Assembly: GCA_947632575.1 (NCBI GenBank)
Contig: CANRPV010000001.1
Coordinates: 102 to 64,101, forward strand
DNA: 64,000 nucleotides
Source: an uncultured Eggerthellaceae bacterium
GTDB lineage: Bacteria; Actinomycetota; Coriobacteriia; Coriobacteriales; Eggerthellaceae
Reading direction: 5' to 3'
In this document: piece after piece, positions 19,779 to 28,966 of the stretch
Layout: each line of letters begins with the position of its first letter
Position numbering within the stretch: the stretch's first letter is position 1
Notes under the pieces: model-generated
What the model saw: only the letters and a program-made list of their open reading frames with translations
The model's database searches: none
What the model was told of the DNA's origin: nothing
Made by a program: the position numbers and the translations under genes

Positions 19779-19880
19779 TGTGGTATCATGAAGCCGCCTC
19801 GTAAGCCATGGAGGGCTTGCGCGAAAGCATAACGAAGACGCCACGATCATCTTGAAATGCGGCAGAGGGCGGATCTTTAC

Positions 19881-21752
19881 ATGTTCGGGCAATCACTCAT
19901 ACTCGATCGATACCGCGTCATCAACGAAGCGGGTTCGGGCGGTTACGCCACCGTTCAACATGGTTATGACACGCGACTCAAGCGCGACGTGGCTATCAAA
20001 TGCATTCCTCTCTCTCCGGCCGAAGAAGCTCAGGCGCGCCTTATGGAGATCGAAAGCCAGCTCCAGGGCGATGGCTCCCTCGAGGATGAGGGCGTGGTCG
20101 ATGAGCCTAACGCTATCCCCGGCCTTGAGGAGGCTCAAACAGCGGCGCATCTATCGGATGCCAACATTGTCACCGTCTATGATTGCGAAGTTCATGAAGG
20201 TGTGGCTTACATCATCATGGAATACGTCGAGGGTATGACTTTAACCGAGGTCCTTGACGAGGTGGGGGATGATATCAGTCTCGATATGGTCGCCTCCGTC
20301 GTGAGCTCGATCGCTCATGCGCTTAAAGTGGCTCACGGCAAAGAGGTGCTCCATCTCGATATCAAGCCGGATAACGTTATCATCAACAAGCAGGGCGTCG
20401 TCAAGGTAACCGATTTTGGTCTGGCGACGCTTATGGACGCAAGTGGCTGCGGCACCGCCGGCGGTGGCACCATCGGCTACATGCCTCTTGAGCAAATGCG
20501 CGAGGAGCCGCTGGATGTTCGCACCGATGAGTGGGCTTTAGCCAGTCTCACCTATGAGATGCTCACCGGAACCAATCCCTTTTTCGCCGACAGCCTGTCT
20601 GAGGCTGAAACGGCCATAGAAGATGCGGTGCTCGTGCTTCCCTCGCGTTGCTGGGACGAGCTCGGTGAGGGCGTCGATGACGTCATCTTTAAAGGCTTAG
20701 GCCCATTGCCCGATGAGCGCTACGAGAATGTGAGCGCCTTCGCGAACGCCATCAAGCCCTTCTTGGGAAGCCCCGCGAAGGGACGCCGGCAGTTGGAGGA
20801 CATCGTAGGCGGAGAGGAACCTGAGGAAGAGCCGCCGGCTGAGGAAGTGGAAGAGATTCGAGAGCCGCTTCTACCTTTCGTGGATCGCATCGGCGTTCGA
20901 GGCGCGTCTATCCTTATGAAGGTGGTCTCCCTTGCGGGGGTTTTGACGCTGGGAACCGTTGGACTGCTCAATATTCCCTTGAATCCCTATTCGGTTTTCG
21001 GTCTGGTAAGCGACATGCCCATACTGTTTTGGGCGGTGCTCGGTGTTCTCGCCATTGCCACGGCCATCCGTCCCCATATCGGAGCGTTGGCCGTCTACGT
21101 GCTTTTCGCCATCGCATACTTTATGAACGGAGCCTTCGTTTTAGCCCTCGCGCTGGTTATCGTTAGTTTCCTGTGGTGGTTTTTCCTCGGACGAAAGGGA
21201 AACGCTCAAGCCATGTGTGGCCTGGTCCAGCCTTTCTTTGGCGGTATCGGCTTCGGTGGGATGGGCTCCATCGCCGCCGGTTGCCTGCTGCCAGTGGGGC
21301 AGGCCCTTGGCTCGAGCCTCTTTTCCTGCTTTACCGCCCTTTGCCTGGCAAGTCTCGGTTCGCGCAATGTGATGGGTTGGAACATGCTGATCAATGGCCG
21401 TTTTATCGGCCTGGATATCCAGGCGGTCTTCCTCAACGTGATCCAATCTTTGGGTACGTGGATCGTGCTGCTTACCTGGGTGCTGGCGGCACTGTGCTAT
21501 AGCGTCTTTTGCCTCAGGGGCAGCCGGGGCTTCGATATAACCGGATCTGTGGGTGCGGCCATTCTTCTTGTCGTTGGAGCCTGCGGCTACGCCTTTTTCC
21601 AGTCGCTCGGTCTCAGCTGGACACCTGAGATGTTCGTCTTCCTGGGCGCGCTCGTTCCCGGAGCCATCGGCGTGGCTTTAGCTTTGCTGGGAGTACCTGA
21701 TCGCGCCCGGATCGATGAAGAAGAATGGCGAGCTATTTCAGCAGATTACTAA
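19881..21752 (+). CDS. Hanks-type Ser/Thr protein kinase fused to a roughly 290-aa polytopic membrane domain
   Basis: GSGGYATV...VAIK, HLDIKPDN, DFG and GTIGYMPLE kinase motifs. A Glu/Pro-rich linker is followed by about 9-10 TM helices. The start could be ATG 19857 or 19881. Confidence 0.85.
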   Translation: MFGQSLILDRYRVINEAGSGGYATVQHGYDTRLKRDVAIKCIPLSPAEEAQARLMEIESQLQGDGSLEDEGVVDEPNAIPGLEEAQTAAHLSDANIVTVYDCEVHEGVAYIIMEYVEGMTLTEVLDEVGDDISLDMVASVVSSIAHALKVAHGKEVLHLDIKPDNVIINKQGVVKVTDFGLATLMDASGCGTAGGGTIGYMPLEQMREEPLDVRTDEWALASLTYEMLTGTNPFFADSLSEAETAIEDAVLVLPSRCWDELGEGVDDVIFKGLGPLPDERYENVSAFANAIKPFLGSPAKGRRQLEDIVGGEEPEEEPPAEEVEEIREPLLPFVDRIGVRGASILMKVVSLAGVLTLGTVGLLNIPLNPYSVFGLVSDMPILFWAVLGVLAIATAIRPHIGALAVYVLFAIAYFMNGAFVLALALVIVSFLWWFFLGRKGNAQAMCGLVQPFFGGIGFGGMGSIAAGCLLPVGQALGSSLFSCFTALCLASLGSRNVMGWNMLINGRFIGLDIQAVFLNVIQSLGTWIVLLTWVLAALCYSVFCLRGSRGFDITGSVGAAILLVVGACGYAFFQSLGLSWTPEMFVFLGALVPGAIGVALALLGVPDRARIDEEEWRAISADY

Positions 21753-22629
21753 CCTGGCTGAGAATAGATTCGAAGCTGACGCCGCGCTCTTTGAAGTGCG
21801 GCTGCTCCGCCGACACCAGCATGGCGTCATGGACGAAATTGCCCGCGAACTCCACCGCTTCCTCCAGACTGAGACCTGCCATCACGGCAGCTAGAACGCA
21901 GGAAGCGTAGACGTCGCCCGTGCCGTGGAGCATGTAGGGCAAATACTCGTTATGCACCTCGACGGTGTCCATGTCCTTGCCGCCGACGAAGTTGTGAATG
22001 AGCGTTTCCCCTTCACGCTGAATGCCCTTGAGCACCACGTACTTGGAGCCGAGGTCCACAAGGGCCCGGAGCATCTCGTCCGCCTGCTCATCGGTGATAT
22101 CCGTACCAGGCCACTCTCGACCCAAAATGATGGAAGCCTCGGTGAGGTTCGGTGTGAGAATATCGGCATCCTTCGCGAGATCTGCCATAGCTTGGCAAAG
22201 CTCAGGGGTATAGGTGGGGTAGACCTTGCCGTGATCAGCCATAACCGGGTCTACCACGCGCAGAGCGTTAGGATAGGTCTCATAGATGTTGCGGATAATG
22301 TCGACCTGCTCCGGTGCGCCGAGAAAGCCAGAATAGATCGCGTCTATCTCGACCCCAATGCCTTTCCAGGCGGCGAGGTAGTCGGGAAGAATGTCGGTCG
22401 TGTCATGCATGTACCAGCCCGGAAATGCGGTGTGGGATGAGAAAAGCCCGGTAGGAACAGGGCAAACATCGCAGCCAGCTGCCGACAAAACAGGGATGGC
22501 GACGCCGAGCGAGCATTTGCCATAGCCGCAGAGGTCGTGCACGGCGGCAATACGTGGAATGTAATCGGCTTGGCGTTGATAGAGATATACGTTGGGTTCG
22601 GCTTCTAGCAAAGTTGTGTCAGTGTTCAT
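21733..22629 (-). CDS. pdxK: Pyridoxal/pyridoxamine kinase
   Basis: AAVHDLCGYGKCSLGVAIPVLSAAGCDVCPVPT and HGTGDVYAS ribokinase-fold motifs typical of PdxK/PdxY. Its 3' end overlaps the kinase gene convergently by 20 bp. Confidence 0.85.
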   Translation of the reverse strand: MNTDTTLLEAEPNVYLYQRQADYIPRIAAVHDLCGYGKCSLGVAIPVLSAAGCDVCPVPTGLFSSHTAFPGWYMHDTTDILPDYLAAWKGIGVEIDAIYSGFLGAPEQVDIIRNIYETYPNALRVVDPVMADHGKVYPTYTPELCQAMADLAKDADILTPNLTEASIILGREWPGTDITDEQADEMLRALVDLGSKYVVLKGIQREGETLIHNFVGGKDMDTVEVHNEYLPYMLHGTGDVYASCVLAAVMAGLSLEEAVEFAGNFVHDAMLVSAEQPHFKERGVSFESILSQVSNLLK

Positions 22630-22668
22630 AAGAATCTTCCTCCCTCGTCCCGATTCTTTTGAAGCTGT

Positions 22669-22872
22669 CTAGTTCTCCTCGCTTTCCTCTTCGTCGTCAT
22701 CATCGAAAAGCGACCAATCGTCAGCTGATTTTTCGTGATTGACGAAGATCTTGCGGGTTCGCCGCTCCAGAATGATACAGAGGATGATGCTGATGACAAT
22801 GCCGCCACCCACAAGGCAGGCGATACCCGGCATCGTCTCAAAAAGAAAGTGATAGATATGGCCGAAATCCAT
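22669..22872 (-). CDS. Small single-TM protein with acidic tail
   Basis: 67 aa, SD GAGGAA 7 nt before the ATG, one TM (GIACLVGGGIVISIILCIIL), tail DDDDEEESEEN. No recognised family. Confidence 0.55.
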   Translation of the reverse strand: MDFGHIYHFLFETMPGIACLVGGGIVISIILCIILERRTRKIFVNHEKSADDWSLFDDDDEEESEEN

Positions 22873-23065
22873 GGATGCTTCCTCTAATCCTCATCCTCAA
22901 TAAACCCCGCAGGAACAGGCAAAAGCTCCGTGAGGTCTCTGGGATCAACGTAGCTTGAAAGTATACTATGCTTTTCTTGGCGTGCGCTATACTGGTTTTG
23001 AGCAGGGAACCTCTGTGTCATAGTTATTTTCGTTGGCCGTCGACTTAAATCAAAGGAGCTCATTC

Positions 23066-24349
23066 ATGCTTGATATAAAGTTTGTCCGGGAAAACCTCGA
23101 TGAAGTGGCTCAGGCGATGGCCAATCGTCAGATGAAGTGGGATCCAGAGAGGTTCTTGGCATTGGATACGGCTCGGCGCGAGGCCATCCAAAAAGAGGAG
23201 TCCCTCCAATCTGAGCGCAACACGCTTTCAAAATCGATTGGCCAAATGATGGCCCAAGGCCGCAAAGAGGAGGCTGAAGCCGCAAAGGAGAAGGTTCGTG
23301 AGATCAACGAGGCCTTAAGCGCCGTAAGCGTCGAGCGCGAGGCTGCGGAAAACGATCTCAACGCCTTAATGATGATGACGCCTAACATGCCTGACGCATC
23401 GGTTCCCGTGGGCATAGACGAAAACGATAACGTTGAGATTCGGCGCTGGGGAACGCCTCGCGTCTTCGACTTTGATTTTAAAGCCCATTGGGATTTAGGC
23501 CCCGATCTCGGCATCATCGATTTCGACCGTGGAGTGAAAATCGCCGAAAGCCGGTTTTATCTGCTTGGCGGTCTCGGGGCGCGGTTGGAGCGTTCGCTCA
23601 TCAACTTCATGGCCAATACCCACACGAGTCGTGGTTACAAGGAATGGTGGTGCCCTGCACTTGCCAACAGCACCACGTTGACGGGAACCGCCCAGCTCCC
23701 GAAATTCGAAGAAGATCTGTTTAAGACCACCAATGGCCTCTACCTCATTCCGACGGCTGAGGTGCCTCTCACCAACATTCACGCCAACGAGATTCTGGAT
23801 GCTTCCACGATGCCTCGTCGCTATTGCGGCTTTACTCCATGCTTCCGCGAAGAGGCGGGCAGCGCCGGTCGCGATACGCGCGGCATCATCCGCGTGCATC
23901 AGTTCAGCAAGGTGGAGATGGTCAAGCATGCCACGCCCGAGCAGGGCTTTGATGAGCTTGAGCTCATGGTGGCCGATGCAGAAAACATTCTCCAGCAGTT
24001 GGAGCTTCCGTATCGCGTTATTAGCCTTTGCACCGGAGACCTCGGGTTTTCCGCTGCGAAGACCTATGACCTCGAAGTGTGGATGCCCGCCTACGACAAT
24101 TACAAGGAGATCTCGTCCTGCTCCTGCTGCACGGACTTCCAGGCTCGTCGCGCGAACATTCGCTACCGGGATCCCGAATCTTTCAAGGGTACGCGCTATG
24201 TCTACACGCTAAACGGCTCCGGCTTGGCGGTGGGTCGTACCATGGCTGCGATTCTCGAGAGTTACCAGCAGGCTGATGGAACTGTTTTGGTGCCTGAGGT
24301 GCTTGTTCCCTATATGGGCGGCGTGCGGGTCATTGAGCCCGAAGCGTGA
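23066..24349 (+). CDS. serS: Seryl-tRNA synthetase
   Basis: MLDIKFVRENLDEV N-terminus after AAAGGAG, coiled-coil arm, class II motifs (FREEAGSAGRDTRGIIRVHQF, GSGLAVGRT). Confidence 0.95.
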   Translation: MLDIKFVRENLDEVAQAMANRQMKWDPERFLALDTARREAIQKEESLQSERNTLSKSIGQMMAQGRKEEAEAAKEKVREINEALSAVSVEREAAENDLNALMMMTPNMPDASVPVGIDENDNVEIRRWGTPRVFDFDFKAHWDLGPDLGIIDFDRGVKIAESRFYLLGGLGARLERSLINFMANTHTSRGYKEWWCPALANSTTLTGTAQLPKFEEDLFKTTNGLYLIPTAEVPLTNIHANEILDASTMPRRYCGFTPCFREEAGSAGRDTRGIIRVHQFSKVEMVKHATPEQGFDELELMVADAENILQQLELPYRVISLCTGDLGFSAAKTYDLEVWMPAYDNYKEISSCSCCTDFQARRANIRYRDPESFKGTRYVYTLNGSGLAVGRTMAAILESYQQADGTVLVPEVLVPYMGGVRVIEPEA

Positions 24350-24375
24350 ATCTTATCTGCGATCGAGTCTGAAGC

Positions 24376-25431
24376 GTGAGCCCAACTAAGCGTCCTCGCA
24401 AGCGGGTAGATAACAAAAAACCAAAAGAGGTCAAGCGCCCTTCGGTGGCTTCGAAACGCAAGGTGAGGCCGCCTGAGCCTGTCGGCGCCAGTTCAGCTGA
24501 TGTTGAGCCTGATGACCAGCCTGCCAATCTCCAGCCAAGCCCAGTAGATTCAGGGGCTTTGGGTAAAGCGATGGGCGCGTCCGTTGCTCCTCAGGTGGTT
24601 AACAATCTGGCGGCTAATGATTCGGTAGTCGATAACTCGACGGTTGGTAGCTCGGCTACTGAAAATCCAACAAGTAATGATCCGACGCTCGGCATCAACA
24701 GTGTTGAGGAATTTTCCGCTGCTCAAACGGGGCCTTTGCCGATCATTCAGCCAACGATGGATGGTTTACCAACCGAGGGAAATGGGGCTGCTCAAGAACC
24801 GACTGCCGCCTCGTCGGCGACTCCCTCGCCGCGCACAAAGGAGAAAGCACCGAGGAGCTTATTTCGCTTAGCCGCAAAGATATTCGCCGCCATGATCGGG
24901 CTCGTCGCGATCGCTCTGTGCATCACGTTTTTCATCTTCCGCTTTCTGGGTGGCGATGACGTGGCAGATTTCCAGGGAAGCTGGTACATCGACGAAACAT
25001 CCAAGGTAGTGGAAATCACCGCAGATCAGATCATTCTCGCTCCCGATGCGATCTACGACTACGAAATTGATCCCCAGTCGAAAACGATTACCTTCTCGTT
25101 GGGGGATTTGAAAGGTTCGGGCCACTATCGTTTCTCGGCCGATCGCCAAGAGCTCGCTATCCTCGATGGGAATTATTCGTGGATGGACACGCTGCTCTCA
25201 GATGCCCAGTGGTCGTTCGTGAACATCATAAGCCATCTGAAAGGCGAGCATCCTCAGCTCTTTGAGCAGGGAGAAGTGAGTTATTTCAGCCGCATGGACA
25301 TGTCATCTGCTGCGTCATCCGAAGCTTTGTCTGATACCCCTGCAGCACCATCCGAAGGTTCGTCAGATGCTTCTATCGCATCACCTGATGCTTTGTCTGA
25401 CGCGCAAAGTCAACGTGGCGAGCAGAGCTAA
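24376..25431 (+). CDS. Hypothetical membrane-anchored protein (basic, low-complexity N-terminal region, one TM, C-terminal globular domain)
   Basis: GTG start, TM IFAAMIGLVAIALCITFFIF. No recognised domain. Confidence 0.6.
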   Translation: MSPTKRPRKRVDNKKPKEVKRPSVASKRKVRPPEPVGASSADVEPDDQPANLQPSPVDSGALGKAMGASVAPQVVNNLAANDSVVDNSTVGSSATENPTSNDPTLGINSVEEFSAAQTGPLPIIQPTMDGLPTEGNGAAQEPTAASSATPSPRTKEKAPRSLFRLAAKIFAAMIGLVAIALCITFFIFRFLGGDDVADFQGSWYIDETSKVVEITADQIILAPDAIYDYEIDPQSKTITFSLGDLKGSGHYRFSADRQELAILDGNYSWMDTLLSDAQWSFVNIISHLKGEHPQLFEQGEVSYFSRMDMSSAASSEALSDTPAAPSEGSSDASIASPDALSDAQSQRGEQS

Positions 25432-25443
25432 GCGGGATCTTCG

Positions 25444-25863
25444 ATGGAGATGATTCCAAGGGAGATGATTCGTGCCGAAAAGATCGTCGTCGACGCTGAT
25501 CGTATAAGGGCCCAGATCCGCCTGGACGAGGAGGCGCCACGCAGGACCAATCCAGCTCTTGCGGCGCGGGTCATCGCGGCGTTTCCTGATCTTTTGTCCC
25601 ATAGCTGCAAGAATTCAGCGGGTACGCGCTTTGGTGATGTGATCGAGCGGACGCCCCTCCCTCATTTGCTCGAGCACCTGGTGATCAGTTTGCAGGTTCA
25701 AAATCCTCAGACGCCTGTCTCTTTCGTATTTGTTGGATGCACTCAGTGGATGAGTGAAAAAGACGGGCTTGCCCTTGTAGAGGTGAATTTTGCTGATGAT
25801 CTTGTGGCTTTGAAAGCTTTTCGAGATGGACTGCAGTTCCTCAACGAGATCATGGTAAGCTAG
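25444..25863 (+). CDS. Hypothetical protein
   Basis: 139-aa ORF tightly packed between neighbours on the same strand. No motif recognised. Confidence 0.55.
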   Translation: MEMIPREMIRAEKIVVDADRIRAQIRLDEEAPRRTNPALAARVIAAFPDLLSHSCKNSAGTRFGDVIERTPLPHLLEHLVISLQVQNPQTPVSFVFVGCTQWMSEKDGLALVEVNFADDLVALKAFRDGLQFLNEIMVS

Positions 25864-25867
25864 ATTT

Positions 25868-27142
25868 ATGACAGATGCCTATTTCAAATTTGATCGATAC
25901 GATGGTCGCGTAGCCCATCGTATTCATGAGATGCGCAGAAGCGCTGTGCGTGATCTTTTCTCGGCGGCGATGCGTCCGGACATCATCTCGCTTTCCGGAG
26001 GAATGCCCGATGTTTCTTTGCTTCCTGAGCGGGAGATTCGCAAGGCCACCGAGGCCGCGCTAGGCCAACGTCGGGCGCAGGCGCTTCAATACGGACCGAC
26101 GGATGGCAATCTCACCACGCGGGAAGTCCTTTGTGATTTGATGCGTGACGTGGGAATACGCTGCAAGCCTGAGGAGGTTTTAATAACCACCGGCGCTCAA
26201 GAGGCGCTCGACCTCATCGCGAGAACCTTTATCGATCCCGGCGACATCATATTGGCCGAGGGTCCGACTTACCTTGGCGCGCTTCAAGCGTTTTCAGCCT
26301 ATGAGCCGGATATCCGCTGTATCGATTTCGACAACGATGGCATGCGGATGGATCTTCTCGAGGCTGAGCTGGAGCGAATCGGCAAGGGAAATCCGCGCCT
26401 TAAGTATTGCTACGTCATTCCCAATTTCCAGAATCCCGGTGGCGTGACCATGGCCGCTGATCGGCGAAAGCGCCTGATCGAGCTTTCCCATGAATACGAT
26501 TTCATGGTGATCGAGGACGACCCCTATGGACGTCTTCGCTATGAGGGAGGTCATATGATCCCTCTGAAGATGCTCGATCATGACGTCATCTATCTGGGCA
26601 CGATCTCTAAGATTTTCGCTCCAGGCCTGCGTGTGGGCTGGATTGTCGCTCCGACTCAGTGCCTGTCGAAGATCAATCTAGCCAAACAGGGCGGTGACCT
26701 TTGCGGTTCCCAATTCGACCAGGTGGTGGTCGAGCATTACTTTAGGGACACCCCGTGGCAGCAGACCCTCAAGCGCTTCATCGAAGTCTACGATGAGCGG
26801 CGCCGAACCATGCTTGCCGCGCTGGAGGAATATTTCCCTCCCGAGGCTCATTGGACTCATCCACAAGGTGGCCTGTTCATATGGGTGACGCTGCCTGAAT
26901 ATGTGGATACCGCCTCGATGCTCGGCGCGGCGCTGGAGGCTGGAGTCACCTATGTGCCAGGGGATAGCTTCTATCCCGATGGCAAGCGTGGGAAAAACTC
27001 CATGCGCATCAACTTCAGTTTCGAGAAACCTGAAAACATCACCGAGGCCATTCGCCGTCTCGCTGGGGTTATAGAGGAACGTCTGGAACTCTATCGAGCC
27101 TTTATCAAAGCGGGGGCATTGAAGGAGGCTGAAGTCCAATGA
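25868..27142 (+). CDS. PLP-dependent aminotransferase (class I/II, 2-aminoadipate/MocR-type aminotransferase domain)
   Basis: 424 aa, with SGGMPD, NFQNPGG and the Lys-containing TISKIFAPGLRVGW motifs. Confidence 0.85.
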   Translation: MTDAYFKFDRYDGRVAHRIHEMRRSAVRDLFSAAMRPDIISLSGGMPDVSLLPEREIRKATEAALGQRRAQALQYGPTDGNLTTREVLCDLMRDVGIRCKPEEVLITTGAQEALDLIARTFIDPGDIILAEGPTYLGALQAFSAYEPDIRCIDFDNDGMRMDLLEAELERIGKGNPRLKYCYVIPNFQNPGGVTMAADRRKRLIELSHEYDFMVIEDDPYGRLRYEGGHMIPLKMLDHDVIYLGTISKIFAPGLRVGWIVAPTQCLSKINLAKQGGDLCGSQFDQVVVEHYFRDTPWQQTLKRFIEVYDERRRTMLAALEEYFPPEAHWTHPQGGLFIWVTLPEYVDTASMLGAALEAGVTYVPGDSFYPDGKRGKNSMRINFSFEKPENITEAIRRLAGVIEERLELYRAFIKAGALKEAEVQ

Positions 27143-28134
27143 AAGTAGCAGTGCTTATGGGTGGCGATTCGTTCGAGCGAGAGTTTTCCCTCGCCAGCGG
27201 TCGCAATGTTAGCGCGGCTTTGGAGGAGGCCGGTCATCGGCCGCTTTTGCTCGACACCGCATCGTCGGAATTGGTGCCCACCCTTCGTCGCGAAAAACCC
27301 GATGTGGCCTATATCGCCCTCCATGGAAAGCATGGCGAGGATGGAACCATCCAAAGTCTGCTCGAGTTTTTGGGCATCCCGTTTGTGGGATCCGGCGCGA
27401 GTATCTGTCGGAGCACCTGGAACAAGGATTCTCTCCACACCACGATGGCTCTGTATCGCAAGCTTGTGGGAGAGGAGGCCGTCGCCTCCTGGCCCCAGGG
27501 CATTTGCGTCGATCGTGACGCTTTCAAGTCGATGGGGGCGGCATCCGCTTTAGATCTCGTGGAGGAGCGGGTGATCGGCGGATTTCCCGTGGCCGTGAAA
27601 CCGGCTCATGGAGGATCTGCTCTTGGCGTCCATAGGGTGGATTCAGAGGATCAACTGGCCGAAGCCATACTCGACGCGCTGTCTTTTGATGAGCAAGTCG
27701 TTATCGAGCAGTGGGTGGAAGGCGTCGAGCTAGCCGTATCCGTGCTCGGTACCGGATGGGACGCCTATGTCTTGCCGCCGGTGGAGATCGTGGTCAAGAA
27801 AGGCGAGTTCTACGACACCCAAGCGCGCATCGATGAAAGCCGCGTGGATTACTACGCACCGGTGCGTAATTCCTCTCTTTCCTCGGATGAGGCGGATGCT
27901 CAAGCAATTCGCGCTGAAATCGAACGAGCCGTTTTGGAGGTGTATCGTGCTTATGACCTCCATGATCTTGCTCGCATCGATCTGATTTGGGATGGCGCTC
28001 AAGCACGCATCATGGAAACCAACGTGTCTCCTGGGATGGGTGAAAAGTCGCTCTTCCCGCTTGCCTGCGAGGCAGCCGGTTTGACGTTGAGCTCCGTTCT
28101 CGATGAATTGGTGCGTCAATACGCCGAGACATGA
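27139..28134 (+). CDS. ddl: D-alanine--D-alanine ligase
   Basis: MKVAVLMGGDSFEREFSLASG, ALHGKHGEDGTIQSLLEFLGIPFVGS and an ATP-grasp C-terminal half. ATGA overlap with the upstream gene. Confidence 0.92.
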   Translation: MKVAVLMGGDSFEREFSLASGRNVSAALEEAGHRPLLLDTASSELVPTLRREKPDVAYIALHGKHGEDGTIQSLLEFLGIPFVGSGASICRSTWNKDSLHTTMALYRKLVGEEAVASWPQGICVDRDAFKSMGAASALDLVEERVIGGFPVAVKPAHGGSALGVHRVDSEDQLAEAILDALSFDEQVVIEQWVEGVELAVSVLGTGWDAYVLPPVEIVVKKGEFYDTQARIDESRVDYYAPVRNSSLSSDEADAQAIRAEIERAVLEVYRAYDLHDLARIDLIWDGAQARIMETNVSPGMGEKSLFPLACEAAGLTLSSVLDELVRQYAET

Positions 28135-28151
28135 TCACTGCGTCTAGGCTA

Positions 28152-28208
28152 GGACTTTATGCCTCGGCATGAACTTTACGCCTCGGCACGGACTTTACGC
28201 TGAGACAC
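28152..28208. repeat. 19-bp tandem repeat x3 just downstream of ddl
   Basis: GGACTTTATGCCTCGGCAT / GAACTTTACGCCTCGGCAC / GGACTTTACGCTGAGACAC. The units resemble the last codons of ddl (CAATACGCCGAGACATGA, 28117-28134). Confidence 0.85.
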
Positions 28209-28377
28209 GGCCAACATGCTTCAGTATGATCTCGCAATTTCATAGGGTGATGAGCCTATAGTTGAGCCGTTTGCTAACGAAAAGGCAACATAACGAGGAT
28301 CAAACAAGCTTTTCTCGAGAGTAAATTAAGAGCTGCCGTATAATGGATCAACCAATTTGACGAATTAGGAGGATCAC

Positions 28378-28950
28378 ATGCGCGGAAAAATCACTTCGTT
28401 CATTATCGGTGGTCTTGTAGGCGCCATCGCTGCTCTTCTTTACGCACCTCGGTCCGGCGAAGAGACCCGTGCCCTGGTTGCCGATAAGGTAGGCGACGCC
28501 TGGGGTCAGGCTCAGGATTGGGGAAGCCATGCCTCTGAGAACCTGCATGAAATGTATCAGCAGGCTGCTACCAAGGGTCAAGAAGTGGTGAACAACGTCT
28601 CGGCTCAGGCTCAAGGCTTTGCGAACAACATTGCTGCTAAGGGTCAAGACCTCTATCAGCAGGCTTCTGCAAAGGTGCAGGAGGCTGCAGGCAATATCAA
28701 GCCTGTCTTCTCCGAGAAGAACGATGAACTGCGCGAGAAGATCGACGCCGCCCGTAAGCGCATCGCCGCCCAAGTGGCGAAGAACGCTGAGGAAAGCGCC
28801 GCTGCCAATGATTCCAAGATCGATACGGTAGCTGCCCAGGTGAGCGATGCTGTCGAGACCACCGCTGTTGCTGATGCAGAAGCCGCGAAGGCTGAGCCGG
28901 AGAAGACAGAGGAAGCTCCAAAGCAGGCTGCTGAAGGTGCCGACGCTTAA
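28378..28950 (+). CDS. YtxH-domain general-stress-type protein
   Basis: N-terminal FIIGGLVGAIAALLYAPRSGEETR followed by an Ala/Gln/Lys-rich helical region. Confidence 0.8.
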   Translation: MRGKITSFIIGGLVGAIAALLYAPRSGEETRALVADKVGDAWGQAQDWGSHASENLHEMYQQAATKGQEVVNNVSAQAQGFANNIAAKGQDLYQQASAKVQEAAGNIKPVFSEKNDELREKIDAARKRIAAQVAKNAEESAAANDSKIDTVAAQVSDAVETTAVADAEAAKAEPEKTEEAPKQAAEGADA

Positions 28951-28966
28951 TACGCCGACCGGGATC

